64,000 nt of DNA from Mobula hypostoma (Eukaryota): the NCBI RefSeq assembly GCF_963921235.1, contig NC_086106.1, positions 102,362,001 through 102,426,000 on the forward strand, given 5' to 3'. Shown piece by piece: positions 26,347 to 39,325 of the stretch (position 1 is the stretch's first letter; each line of letters opens with the position of its first letter). Both the position numbers and the translations under genes were made by a program. The notes under the pieces are model-generated. The model made no database searches. It saw only the letters and a program-made list of their open reading frames with translations, and was not told the DNA's origin.

Positions 26347-29300
26347 TATATGCTTTTCATGCTTATCATGCTTCAATAATGTTGCAATAAAACACTTTGT
26401 ACATGCATTTCAGCTAAGTTTTATGTAACGCTTAAGATTTCCAGAAATAAACTTGCTGAGGAAAGCTTTCATGTTGGGCAGAAAAACGTACAAAAAAATA
26501 CTCAAAACTTTATCCATCTGTCAGAAAAGGTGAAAATATCAAAATAAACTTACAGATACATTTATGGAAAACAGATTTCAAATGCTTATTAAATGGATAA
26601 AGATATTTTTGCTTTACTATTTAAATTGTGGGGATGCCTTTGATTATGTAGCTAGACTGAAGAATTTCATAGCCTGGTGTTTGCTATAAATCTTCACAGG
26701 ACATATTTTCAAGTTCAGAAAAATAATAGAATGGTATTTTATATTAATGAAGTGATGGCAATATGGATGAAGACATATCAATGACTGCATGTGTGATATT
26801 CACCACACTTGGCTTTGAAAGCTATTAAAAGCTTGGCTACCAGAATTCATTAAAAAAATTGGAAAAAATCCCAATGAAACACTTCTCAGTTCATTGGGTG
26901 ATAAATTACTTTCAAAAACAGACTGTTTACAGACATGTTGCTGGATGTAATAATGCTTTTTAGCATGCCCGGAGGCTGGTGACATATATTGCTTGTTGAA
27001 AGGAGAGTACAAAATTATTAAGTCAGTGAGGCAAAACTTCAGCATTATAGATTTGTTCTGGCATGGATATTTTCCCCTCCTGACACTCATTACTCATACA
27101 GGAGGTCCATGTTGTAAGCAATACAGGCTCGGTGATAACTGGCTCACTGGTATTGTTGAAAACAGGGTTCAGCTTTTCAGTAAATTCAATGTCAATTGTG
27201 TGGAAGTACTATTGTGACAAATTGTCAAACTTGTGCAAAATACATACAACTAATTACTATAAATCCACTGAGGGAAGCAGCAAAGGCTGTTCAGTCAGCC
27301 AAACAGCTTATGGGTGAATATAATAGCACAAGACCATTCCACACTCTTTTGGAAATACCTCAGTGGAACAATGTAGAAGACTGTAAACTGAGAAATCGTA
27401 TGGCAAAAGCTAATTAATCGGTCTAAAATAATACAAGCGGAAGTCATAATCTAGACAGAGCAGCTGATTTCCTAGCTGTTTACTCACACGCCCACTCTGT
27501 TGAATTGAAATTGTTATAACACATGGTGAGTTTATGATCACAATTACATGCAAATATTGAAATGACATGGTTTATATACCATATATTAACATTTCTGAAG
27601 TTGGGAAGAATGTGTTATTTTACACAATCAGAACCAGCAATATTCTGTTCAGAATGAAATGTGAACTAAATTAAGGTGGTGAACTCCAGCAGAGGCTTCT
27701 AGCCAGCTAATATTCCTTATACTTGTGTATGTGAAAAGCATAATTCACATACACAGACATTGCTAATAGAATGACTCAAAGAGGTATAATCGCTGCTTTG
27801 GAGGTTAAATCCATCAGGCAAATTGCACTACTGCTAGCAACCTCTGCTGGAGTTCACACAATCACTTAACTCCTTTCCTCAGAATACAATCCATACTTTA
27901 ATGGCCTCCACAAATCTGAATTGTAAAAGTGTGTTTATTTTTAGGCTCACCTAATAAATTCACTTTGTTTCTTTGCACACTTTTCCGTTATTCTCACCTG
28001 AAGATTATAACAGTTGAAGAAATTAACTGAATGATTCATACTTTGTTGTTTAATTACTATTCAGAGTCTGAACCTAATGATTGAAATGTTAAAGCTTTAC
28101 TTCAAATGTTATTTACTGAGCTACCAGAACAAAGTTAGACTGATATTTGCATAATCAATGTATGGACATTGTAATTATTCAGCACTTCCTCTTATTTTCA
28201 ACTAAAGCTTGACAATCCACCAACAACTTTCCACCTTTGACTTTTAACTTTTATTATATTTAGCCAAAGACAGGAAAAACACTCAAAAATCAGTTTATAA
28301 TGGCTATGGAAATATTACCATCAGTTCTGAACATTTGCTTTAGGGGCAACACCTGCACACACATTCATTAATGTCTAATTAGCCCAATTATTAGAAGACC
28401 CAAGCTTATTTTTTTAATTATAAATAACATATCAACCCCACTGGCTTGATATGTTAAGGTTCAAAACAAAGTTTTAATCTTCATACTTTGGCACACAAAC
28501 CACTTTATTTACATAAATTATATTGGAGAGATTTGAAAGAGCATGGAAGTATCAACATCATTGACTTGTGCATTCATGATGAAATCACAAAATGGCTCCA
28601 AACATTTGTTAAAAAGTTTACTTCATTCAGTGACTGTAAACCAAAAGTTAAGAAATGCAAGTATTAGATGGTGTATGTCATCATCAGAAGTCTGTTAAAA
28701 TTAAGGTTAAGGAAACCCAATCAATCCTGTTTAAGAGGAGTGATTCTTTTAAAGAATGAAGTGCTTCTAAGATGTTATCAATTTACTAAAACAATTCTGT
28801 TTCACTCCAAAGAGTGGGAGTTAATAGGCTTGCAAGCATTTTTCAGTAAATGCTATTCTTAGTATGCAAAAAAGGATGATCTACACAATATGCAATCGCA
28901 CCCATTACATTGATGGTATCCTGCAGTTGTCACACAATTGATTAGATGTGTTTTTGGCTAGTTTGTGCTGACAGGGAAATATAATGATTGTCAAAACATG
29001 ACCCAGTATGCTCCATATAAGCAACAGAAGCAATGACTGAAAGTCTTTACATATAACTGCAGTGGTTGCCAAATGCGTACTTTCATTTCCGGAACCGCGA
29101 TCTGACTCCTTTAGGCTTTGATAGATTACATTCCAATAATAAACATAAATAGATTGAATGTAATGGATGCAAATTGTGAGAATTTTCCAATTAGCCACTA
29201 ATTACCTTGTGCAATGCTTAGGTTTCAACTATCAGATTAAGAATTGAATTTTATTTCTGGCACTCTGTTCTTGTTACAGGTCCGGGAGGAAATCGGAATT

Positions 29301-32078
29301 GGGAAACCAGTAATCATTTATACAATTTGATACGAGTTAAAGGAGGATCGTGCAAGTAATTAATCAAAATCATAAAGTGATCTTCACAAACGCTGCTCAT
29401 TGTGCAAGAGTCTGTATGCAAAGGTCTCCATAGAATGTACAAATACTAAATCTCTATTTCTAAACGTTTTGTTGCAGGAAACGATTTCCAAGTGCAAAAA
29501 TAGGACAAGTTGGATCTGCAGCAATAGAATGCTTATCCACTGAGCAGCGGAGAAGGAGAAACGCAACTGCACAGCCCAGGGAACTGTGTTTCACACCATT
29601 AGTTAAATGACAGAATAACAGATGAGCAATTTTGTCGCCAAAGACGGACAACAATGCAAAAATGAGATCGCTTCAGATCGGAATAATGTGTGTGTGGTAT
29701 ACACATTATCATTGCACTTTCCGAGATGTGTTTACGGCTGCCATGTGTTTTACAACAGTGTGCGCTACACATTGCCCTCGACGAGTATACGGAATAGCAT
29801 GCTCCGGGATGGACGGATGGACACGCACGTTACCGAGCCCAAAGGGGGTTGTGCTTGCGTTCTGGGTCACGTTTATTGGTTCCATTTCAAGGTGATTAAT
29901 ATCCGCAGTCAGCCCTCAATTCCCAACAAAATTTGTCCTTCATCAAGGTCCACCGGTTATTTGGAGATTAAATTATTTTGAAAACGGTGCAAAATTACTC
30001 ACCGGTAGTCCTAACAGAATCCCCACGTGCATTTAAATTTAATTCTATTATTAAATATGATTTGAAAATCTTTAACCAACCCCCACGTTGTCTCCAGTAA
30101 ACGTTATTTCGGATAGTTAAAGGAGCGACCTATTTTGTAGAATACCATGGTGCCCTTCATCTGGAGAAACAGTCGTATTTCCTGTAATTTCGTAGGAAGT
30201 TATGCAAAGGTAAAGAATAATTTGTCATTTCGCATGTCGGGTTATTTTCAAGCTACCGGGCATCTCCTCCACCTACCCAAATGTTTACAGAATGTCCTCC
30301 CTGCCAATCCTGGGAGTCCTGTGTTAAGTTTCCTGGCGCGCAGAAGGCAGGAACAGACGAAAAACAGAACTGCCCTGTCGCTCAGTTTTGTTCTTAATCG
30401 AGAGTCTAAATATTTTACAGGCGTTTCCATTTTAGAGAGGTGTGGGGTGCACCTTACTGCTTGAACCGACCTCAAATTGATATGCACGCTATTTTAGTAG
30501 AGCGGGGGGAATTCTTGAACATTTGGGACTAAAACAGAAGCTGGAGGGAGTTTAAAATCGGGTAAACTCGGGGGAGAGTAGAAGGTGGAATCAGCCTTTT
30601 TCAGGTCAGAAGGGAACGGTGTTTTTTTGAAACCGTATATTAAGTAGCAAAGACCCGTCACTCTATGGGGGGGGGTGATTAAAGGCACCTCTCGTTGGCG
30701 ATTAACAGTTTCACATGTTTGCATTGTAGGGCTCTTGTACTTCACACCTTGGTACTTGCTAAGCGTTGAGAGACGCGGCGAGCTCCACATTGAGGCGTTA
30801 AATAGCAACTTCGCTAGCACTTTTTACCCATCCTGCCGCCAATACGTCAATTCATCAGTAAATTCTCCCGCCCGTGATCACGGTCTCCGAGGTCCACCGT
30901 TTCCTCCGCATTCAACCTTCACTCTCTGGAGTAAAATCTATTCCTGGGCACTTGAGGTTTCAGATCTCAATTCATGAGAAATCTTTTGTATTAGCCCTGG
31001 GTTGCACAATAGAAATAAAATGCAGGCGGAGGTAATAAAGCCAACAAGAAGACCTGGGAGAACTTTCAAGTCCTCATTACTGATTGACGGTGGCACTGTT
31101 AATTTTCGAAGCACATTTGTCGTGTATCAAACGCTTACGACATAAAAGGTTTATATATTTTAAAAAAAAATCTCTTGAAGATTTCTATATTGAGTGAGAC
31201 CTGTGAAAGGAACGCGGAAGAAATACAGCGCCTCATCTTGGTGGGATACTTACGGCAATGCTCTATGAATGAATGGGACACGAAGATCGTGTGCAGAGTT
31301 AAATTCAGTTGAGGATCGGTTGGATTCCGCACTGAAACCGTTCTCCACCTCCCCTTTTAACAGACATGGTCAACACGTCTGAAGAGGCAAGAGATGTAAC
31401 AGACGTTGCCGTACTAAAGGTTATTGCTGCCAACCTGGAGTTTGTATTTCTAACACAACACATCACAGACCATTTGGGATAAAGGTGCGCAGTTTCAGAC
31501 AGCGGTTATTTTCAAATGATAGCGCAACAAAGTGCTTCGAGACCTGCTTACTAATGAGCGAGGACCTTGCAACAACTGCAGAGTCCGGGGGGGAAAAAAA
31601 GGTGCTGGAGAGAATCTGCAAACGGTAGCCAAGTCATTTTTCATCAGAAATGTCTTTATGGAAGCTAGCAGAGTCTAATACGATTAGCATAGATTGGGCT
31701 GAAGGCAAACACACACATTACCCTCCCTGTTCTGTCAAATATAAACGCTTTATCATTCTTATCTTAATAGTCATTTTAGATTAAATGACCACATGCTAGG
31801 AAAACATCTCAACTGATCTGAATTGCCTCAATGTGCTTATAATACACACGGGCTTCAACAACATCAAGCAATAGCGAGCTGTAGAGGTCAATGAATTGCT
31901 ACATACATGAAACTAGATCGGTAATATAAATAACCAGCGGAATTAGAAGGATGTTTTCAATCACTTTTCAGCGTAATGGTAATCCCTAGACCGACTTCAT
32001 TAACTTTTGAGACAGGTATTTTTCCAAAATTTCAGCGCTATAGTGCAAACGCGATGAGAACTGCACAACAGTACTCAC

Positions 32079-32237
32079 AAGCATTGGTCACCGAGAAACT
32101 GTTGGAAGACTCGAGGTTATCGACATGTGGGGTGAGAGCAAATGGAGCTTCGGAAATGTTTGGGTTCGTGTTATGAAGGTAAATCCCGAATCGAAAGGCG
32201 CTATTTTCCTGATCTGTACTTCTGGCGAACAATCCCC
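32079..32237 (-). CDS. gria3: AMPA receptor coding exon 2 (start of the N-terminal LIVBP-like domain)
   Basis: Acceptor TTTTTTTTAAATTCTGTGTAG|GG and donor GCTT|GTGAGT. The 159 nt exon is phase 1-1, the conserved size of this exon in GRIA3/GRIA4. It translates (G)[52 protein letters not shown](F), in frame with exon 1 across a 314-nt intron (contained in ORF 32038..32262). Confidence 0.9.
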
Positions 32238-32551
32238 CTACACAGAATTTAAAAAAAAGCAATTAAATCGACCTGTGCCGCATAACCCTCGTTTTATCTC
32301 CGCTCCATCTCACAATACGGCAGATATATTATTAATGTAGATTAAAATGTCTTAATGTGTTTAAAGAAAACGCGAACAGTAAACAGTTCAACTTTCCTCT
32401 GGGATTAAAGTAAACCCCCTTTATTGGCTTCAATTAGGAATGACTTCATTATTTTAATACGTTTAAGCTGCTCTCCACGATCCTACTTGCCGCAGCTGGT
32501 TGTGAAGTTCTACAACATTAATACACAGCACTCAATACAAGAGTTACTTAC

Positions 32552-32642
32552 CTATTTGGACATTGCTGGGGAAAGCACTCAAGGCTGCGCGAAAAAGCAC
32601 GTTGAGTATTAGGAAGACAGACTGCAGAAGGTTTGGTCCCAT
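32552..32642 (-). CDS. gria3: AMPA-type ionotropic glutamate receptor, first coding exon (signal peptide), most likely GluA3
   Basis: Minus strand ATG at 32642 reads MGPNLLQSVFLILNVLFRAALSAFPSNVQI-G, then a canonical donor AG|GTAAGT (intron starts 32551). It is a hydrophobic signal peptide ending in the AMPAR motif FP..(V/I)QIG. The 91 nt (30 codons+1) equal the length of mammalian GRIA3 from its second Met ([31 protein letters not shown]), whereas GRIA4 has 29 codons+1. Not in the ORF track because it is too short. AMPAR identity is near-certain; the paralog call is less so. Confidence 0.85.
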
Positions 32643-33040
32643 TTTCTGTCTGATTTCAATTCCTTAAAAGCGACCTGGAAAAGGCAGATACACTGCGCTG
32701 GATATAAATCCCGCTATGTCCCTCTTTCCTCCTCCCTCCCTCTTCAAACGTTTCAGATACAACGACTGAGCTGGGCGAGGGGTAAAAATATTTTGCCAGA
32801 GGAAAATAGGACTATTTCACACTGGCAAAGATGGTGGTGAAGTGAGGAGCGGATCTGAACATGCGCCTCCAATTGGAGCGGCGGGGGAATATTGATCAAA
32901 GTTGATCTGACGTTGAATTAAGCAGCATCTCTTAACATCGCTGCAACTGCAGAGCGGGGCTGCAAAGCACAAGTCCTGTGCTAGCGTTGGTAGACTGCGC
33001 GGCACAGTGAATGGAAAACACAGCTCTCACGTGTGCTTAA
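32643..33040 (-). promoter_or_regulatory. Putative core promoter / 5' UTR of the receptor gene
   Basis: Purine-rich GAGGGAGGGAGGAGGAAAGAGGG tract on minus (~32720-32742), palindromic double CCAAT CTCCAATTGGAG (32867-32878), TCF/LEF-like ATCAAAG (32895-32901), TGACGT CRE-like (32908-32913) and E-box CACGTG (33028-33033). Motif matches only; TSS unknown. Confidence 0.5.
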
Positions 33041-33884
33041 AGCATTAAAGAGACATCGTCGTCTCTTATTTTTAAACTACAATGCAAACAACTCAAACCT
33101 ATCTCGGACCAAAATAGTATGTAGTTTGATTTCTGTGCCATACAAGCTGTATAGTACACGAGGAGACCATTCGGTTTTATGCCAGTGAAGGCGTTGAAAG
33201 ATATAACGGTAAGATTTCACCTTTTTTGATACTTTATCCTGAAGAATCAGTATTTAGGTTATTTTCACAAGAAGAAAAATAAGCAAGACCCCAAAACAAG
33301 CCCATTGCGCTCAATATAGTCAAATGGCTCAATCCCATAGTACTTCATATTCTCTTTCAATAAAATAAATCAAACGTGTAATTCAGGTGTATCAATTATT
33401 TGTTTGAAGATTTAAGCACAACTGTTTGCTTAACACAGGAAACCTCACACAGATCAATAACAAGCAGAATTTGACACTAAATTACTTCAGAAAACTTTAG
33501 GACAGCTATTGAAAATCTTGGTTAAAGTGGTCATTTTAAGGATCACCTAATATATAAAGAGAGATAGAGAATTGGGGGGGGGGTGTGGATTCTGGAACTT
33601 CAGGACCCAGCTAACTGCAAGTACTTTGGGGTATAGGAGCAGGGATTGGCCACTTGGCTCTTCAAGCATTCTCAACTATTCAGTACCCCAATGGCCAATC
33701 TGATTGTTGGATTCATCTCCACCTTCCTGTCCTTCATCTTTGACTGTATACACCATGGTCACAATGTAGTGATTATAATTGGAAGTGCATAAGGCATATT
33801 GATGTGGTAGAGGTGATATTACTGATAGTCTGCAACCTAGGTTAATGGTCCAGAAGGCAGGAGCTCAAAATCCACACAGGCACA

Positions 33885-34145
33885 GACATAGGATCATAAG
33901 ATACAAGAGCAGAATTAGGCCATTTGGCCATTGAGTCTCCATCATTTCATCATGATTAATTTTCCTCGCTGCCACGATCTCCTGCCTTCTCCCAGTATCC
34001 CTACATACATGCCCTGACTAATCAAGAACCTCTGCCTTAAATATACCAAATGACTTGGTCTCCATAGCTACTTGTGGCAACAGATTCCATAGATTCACTG
34101 TGTTCTGTCTGAAGAAATTCCTCCTCATCTCCATTCTAAACATTT
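33885..34145 (-). mobile_element. CR1 3' terminal fragment
   Basis: CATAAGATACAAGAGCAGAATTAGGCCATT...CTCTGCCTTAAATATACC, matching the 3' ends of the other CR1 copies. Confidence 0.8.
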
Positions 34146-34719
34146 TAGATCTCCTTATGCCCTACAAAAGTTCTATGGTTTAATTTTGTTGTTCCAGATT
34201 AAAGCTGGAGAAATCACAGAGGGCTGGAAGACTGGAAGGGAAAAGTCAGAGTCAAGTTTCATTGTCATTTGCGTGAGTACATGGATGTGGTGACGCAGTG
34301 AAAAACTTAAAGTGGATTGAATTATATAAGCAGTATTTGCAAGGAAACATCAACTCAACATAATTTTTAAACAAAATTCAATTATAACAAAATAAAGTCA
34401 AATTTAGTGCAAAGAATTGCTAAATTGTGGTGATTAAAGTTTTGAGGGTCACTTCATTGAATAGGGTGAAAGCAGTTAGCTGCTCTCGAACCAGGTGTGT
34501 CCTCAGGCTGCTGTGCTTCTTGCTCGAAGGTAACTGTGGAAAGATTCTGTGGCCCAGATGATGGGGTTGTTTGATGGTAGGTGTTAATTTTTTGAGTTAA
34601 TTGGAGAGATTCGTAAGGAGCACTGAGAGTTTTAATAGTGAGATATTGAAGACTGGAAGCAGTGTAGAGACAACAAACATGGGATGTAGGCAGGTTCACG
34701 TATTATAGAGTTTTATTTA

Positions 34720-34965
34720 TTTATTATTGAGATGCAGGCCCTTCTGGCCCTTCAAGCCCAGCAGTCCCTGGATTTAATGTTACCCTAATCACAGGACCAA
34801 TGAACCTACCAACCTGCACATCTTTGGACTGTGAGAGAAAACTGGGGCTCCAGAGGAAACCCATGTAGTCACAGGGAGAATGTTCGAGCTCCTTACAGGC
34901 ACTGGCAGGAAATGAACCCAAGTCATCTCATACTGTAAGGCACTGTGCTAGAAACAATACCACCG
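34720..34965 (-). mobile_element. V-SINE-like element
   Basis: Reverse complement of the family at 4150 and 19140 (GGAAACCCATGTAGTCACAGGGAGAATG..CTCCTTACAG). Confidence 0.6.
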
Positions 34966-35324
34966 TTCATCTTAAATGTAGTCAAGTTGCAGAAAATGTA
35001 AGATCATTGGAAAGTGTGAGATATATTGGCCTAATGCAATCTGGAAGTAGTAAAACCTTGGTGAAGAAGTTTGGCAGTAGGTGAATTAAACTGGGGTAGA
35101 GATAGGTGACACTTCAGAAGCAGAAGGAGGCAGATTTGGATGGTGTGAAGATATAGAGCAGAGAAGTTAGCATCAGATTGAAATACAAGGCTAGGAATAG
35201 GGTGGTTCAGCCTTAGTTGTCAGCTAAAGAGTGAAGTTCATGCCAAGGATAAAAAAATGTATATTTTTAATCATTTGAATATTTATTGGGAGAAAATCAC
35301 TGCAATTCCAGATATAGTGGAAAA

Positions 35325-35650
35325 AAAAACAGAAATGCTGGAAACCCCTAACAGATCGGGCAGCATCAATGGACTTCACCTGTCCTGCTGAGTTACAAAC
35401 ACAAGAAAATCTGCAGATGCTGGAAATCCAAGCAACACACACAAAGTGTTGAAGGAGCCCTGCAGGCCAGGCAGCATCTATGGAAAAGAGTCTAAGTTTC
35501 GGGCTGAGACCCTTCATCAGGACACTCGGCTCGAAATGTCAACTATTTATTCTTTTCCATAGATGCTGATGGGCCTGCTGAGTTCCTCCAATGTTCTATG
35601 TGTGTTGCCTTTCCTGCTGAGTGTTCCCAGCAATTCTGCTTTTATTTCAT
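35325..35650. mobile_element. Nested Penelope terminal-repeat fold-back elements
   Basis: Inner inverted pair 35394-35611 flanked by an 11-bp direct repeat TCCTGCTGAGT (35383-35393, 35612-35622), inside an older copy of the same family. Confidence 0.75.
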
Positions 35651-38026
35651 ATTTTTTTCAGTGCAGTTTTCCCATTGATTTTTATTTGCTGTTCTAGAAC
35701 AGGAAATTCAACCTGGCAAATCTAATTTCAAATGATGTGACCAAAGAGCTATAGTAATATGGGTGAGGAATAGGTGGGAGTCATGAATTGATACTTGGAG
35801 AATTCTAGAATTGATATTACAGTTTTAGTGAAGTAACATGCCACAAATGTGGATAAAGGTAGTTTCCAAAAGGAAGAAAGAGTTATTATATTGCACTTCT
35901 TTGCTGAGGCTTGGGTGTGTGTTTTAAAAAAACCCATTTGTTTGATGGGACAAGTGCATAATATTGAGATAGTAGTGCAGAATTTATAATATATATGTTG
36001 TGAAACTGGAACAGTTAACAATCGTGCTTTGTGACCAACATCTTATTTTAGTGGTATTGATTACGATTTCCCAAGCTGCTTCCTTCATTTAGGCTGATTT
36101 TTTTGTTCTAAGGTGTACGAGAGGTTCTGATTGTACAAAGGGGGAAATTGTCATTGAGGTTCCTGTTTGTTTTAGTAGCAGATAAAATCATTTTTAAGCA
36201 CTTGGATTCGTTTTGATAAAAAGGATTAAAATTATTTTTTGTGCCAATGAATAAAATTGGTATGACTTTTCAAAATATGCCTGAGCACTTGATTTCAATG
36301 TGTAATATTTACAGTTGTATTGGATTAGTACCTAACAGATAGCATATGACGCAAGATGTGTTAAAAGACAACAAAGACAAATGTGCTTGGCACTTCAGAT
36401 GATCATTGTAAAGAATAATTCATCTAAAGTAGGATGTCCATCTGAAATAAATCGGTTAACGGAAAAAAAGCCATCACAATTTGTGATTCTGCCAGGGCAC
36501 TACCAAGAGTTGCACTAACTGCAAGACACTAACTTAAATATAGCACTTAGTCCATGGAAATAGGTCATAATATGTACTGATATTATATTACTAGGATGTA
36601 TCCAGAAATACTTGAGTATCACATCTGTTTCTAAAAAATTGGTAACTGTGATTTTATCTGTTGAGTTCTGTACATTGAGTTCCCATTCACAAAGGTTATT
36701 CATGTAAAAATGAGACCATAAAATATCTGCAGTGTTATTTTCATGTATTAAAGTTCAAAGTACAAACTTCAAAGTAAGTTGATTATCAAAGTACATATAT
36801 GTAACCATATACGACTCTGAAATTAGTTTTCTTGTGGGCATTTACAGTAAATACTTCGAAACACAATAGAATCAATGAAAACCCTAATGTGCAAAAGATG
36901 ACAAAATGTGCAAATACAAAGATAAAACAAATAAATAATAAATATCAAGAACATGAAATGAAAGGTCACATATGAGATGCACATAAAGATCTTAGCTCAC
37001 TCTTGTTCCTTAAAATACATCACTTTGTTCTGGATCTTTGTAGTTTTCTGCTTCAAGGTCTGTGGAGCCCCGACCATTTGATATATTTAAGTTGGAGCTA
37101 CATAAATATATGATAGATTGAGGAATCAAGGGTTATGGGGAACAGACACAGAATAGGAGTTGAGGCTTGTGTGATCAGCTTTGTTTATATTGAAGGCCTA
37201 CTCTTGTGTCTTCTTTGACAACCCTTTCAGTTGCCTGTCCTAACACAATTTTACATGGCTTTACATCAAATTTTGTTTGATGCTTCTATAAAACATATTA
37301 GGACACATTACGATGATGAATGTACCACACAAATGCAAATGTTAATTGCTTCTATTGAAGATACATGGTGCTAAACAGAAAACAATTTTCCTGTAAGGAA
37401 GTCATCTTAGAATGAAAAAGTAAACTGCATACTGAGCTTCTGACTGGTATAGATCAGATGTTCCCATATTGGATTCACATTTTTCAGTGGAGACAATGCC
37501 TAGGGTTCATTAATGGCTACATGGAGCCTAGATTATAAAAGAGAGAGAAAGATTAGCTTTAGGTTTCAGGTTTGTATTACAAACTGGAAACTGTTGTTGG
37601 TAAATGCACATGTAAATGCAGAGACAATTTGGCCGATAGTGATATTTTGCACATTACTTGACTCCTTTCAGTATTTCAAGGACTAGCAAGTGAGCTGACT
37701 TGTTAAGGGTGAGGGAGTGGGACTGAGCAGTGGTCTTGCCCAGACGTGAGGATGCTACCACTAAGTGGAGATTAATTTTAACTTTTAAAAACTTTTAAGT
37801 ACAAAGGATGTTTGTATGCAGTTAATGTTAGAACGCAGGGGCTGTGTGGGTTTTATCTTCAGAGCAGGAATTTATTTTAGTTTTCAAGTAACTTTTATAT
37901 CATAATTTGATCTAAGATATTAAGCTAATAACTTTCCAGAAAAAGGGTGCAAAAAACACTTCTTAAAATATAGTTCCACTACAAAATGACAGCAGTACCT
38001 ACAAAAGACCAAGATAACATGTCTGA

Positions 38027-39325
38027 ACAACTGGCGTCCTGTCGCACTCACCTCAATAATAAGTAAATGCTCTGAGAGGCTGGTCAAGGACTACATCTGC
38101 AGCTTGCTACCACCCACACTAGACCCCTACAATTCGACTACCCATGCAACTGATTGACACGTGACACAATAGCCACAGCTCTACACACCGTCCTTGAACA
38201 TCTGGAGAAGAGGGATGCGTATTTGAGAACAATTCAGCATTCAACACCACAATTTCCTCCAGGCTCACCAAGAAGCTCAGAGGCTTTGCTTTCATCCTGC
38301 CTTGTGTAGCTGGATCCTGGACTTCCTGTCAGATTGCCAGCAGGTGGTAAGAGTGGGCTCCCTCACCTCTGCCCCTCTGACCCTCAACACAGGTGCCCCT
38401 TAGACCTGTGTCCTAAACCCCCTCCTTTACTCTCTGTATACCCATCACTGTGTCACCACCCACAGTTCCAATCTGCTAATTAAATTGGCTGACGACACTA
38501 CACTGATTGGCCTAATCTCAAATAGTAATGAGGCAGCCTAAAGAGAAGAAGTCATCACCCTGACACACAGTGGTGTCAAGAACGCAAGCTTTCCCTTAAT
38601 GTCAGAAAAACAAAGGAGCTGGTTGTGGACTACGGAGGGAATGGAGACAGGCTAGCCCCTACAGACATCAGTGGATCTGGGATTGAGAGGGTGAACAGCT
38701 TTAAGTTCCTTGGCATAAACATCACCGAGGATCTCATGTAGGCTGTACATACCAGCTGTATGGTTAAAAAAGGCACAGCCGAACCTCTTTCATTTCAGAC
38801 GGTTGAAGAAGTTTGGTATGGGCTCTTAAATCCAATCCTAAGAACTTTCTATAGGGGCACAACTGAGAGCATCCTGACTGGCTGCATCACTGCCTGGTAT
38901 GAGAATTGTACTTCCCTCAATCGCAGGACTCTGCAGAGAGTGGTGTGGACAGCCCAGCACATCTGTAAATTTGAACTTCTCACTATCAGGACATTTACAA
39001 AGACAGGTGTGTAAAAAGGGCCCGAAGAATCACTGGGGACCCGAGTCACCCCAACCACAAACTGTTCCAGCTGCTACCGTCTGGGAAACGGTACTGCAGC
39101 GTAAAAGCCAGGACCAGCAGGCTATGGGACAGCTTCTTCCACCAGGCCATCAGACTGCTTAACTCATGCTGACATAACTGTCTTTCTATGTTATATTAAC
39201 TATCCTGTTGTACATGCTATTTATTATAAATTACCATAAATTGCACATTTAGAGACGTAACGTAAAGATTTTTACTCCTCGTGTACATGAAGGATGTAAG
39301 TAATAAAGTCAATTCAATTCAATTA
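38027..39325 (+). mobile_element. Rex1/Babar LINE, 5'-truncated
   Basis: NNWRPVALT, LIKLADDTTLIGLIS, RTFYRGTTESILTGCITAWY motifs; (AATTC)n tail at ~39310-39324. Confidence 0.92.

Larger units (their letters stand above)
1..32078 (-). other. Large intron 2 of the AMPA receptor gene (continues beyond the window start)
   Basis: GTGAGT donor at 32078. I found no match to the expected next exon (CSQ(F/Y)SRGV(Y/F)AIFG...) in 1-32078. The equivalent intron is tens to >100 kb in mammalian GRIA genes. Confidence 0.7.
29050..33200. promoter_or_regulatory. CpG-rich island spanning promoter, exons 1-2 and the first ~3 kb of intron 2
   Basis: CG dinucleotides are visibly much denser than in the CpG-depleted flanks. 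The region coincides with the gene 5' end and lacks recognisable TEs. Boundaries judged by eye. Confidence 0.7.

Noticed and set aside
29384-30977. Cluster of 60-119 aa ORFs in the CpG island
   Set aside because: No domain similarity or splice logic; expected in GC-richer, stop-poor sequence.
32812-32862. 16-codon uORF (MFRSAPHFTTIFASVK*) upstream of the receptor ATG
   Set aside because: It begins immediately beside the CCAAT palindrome, so probably upstream of the TSS; it cannot be placed in the mRNA.
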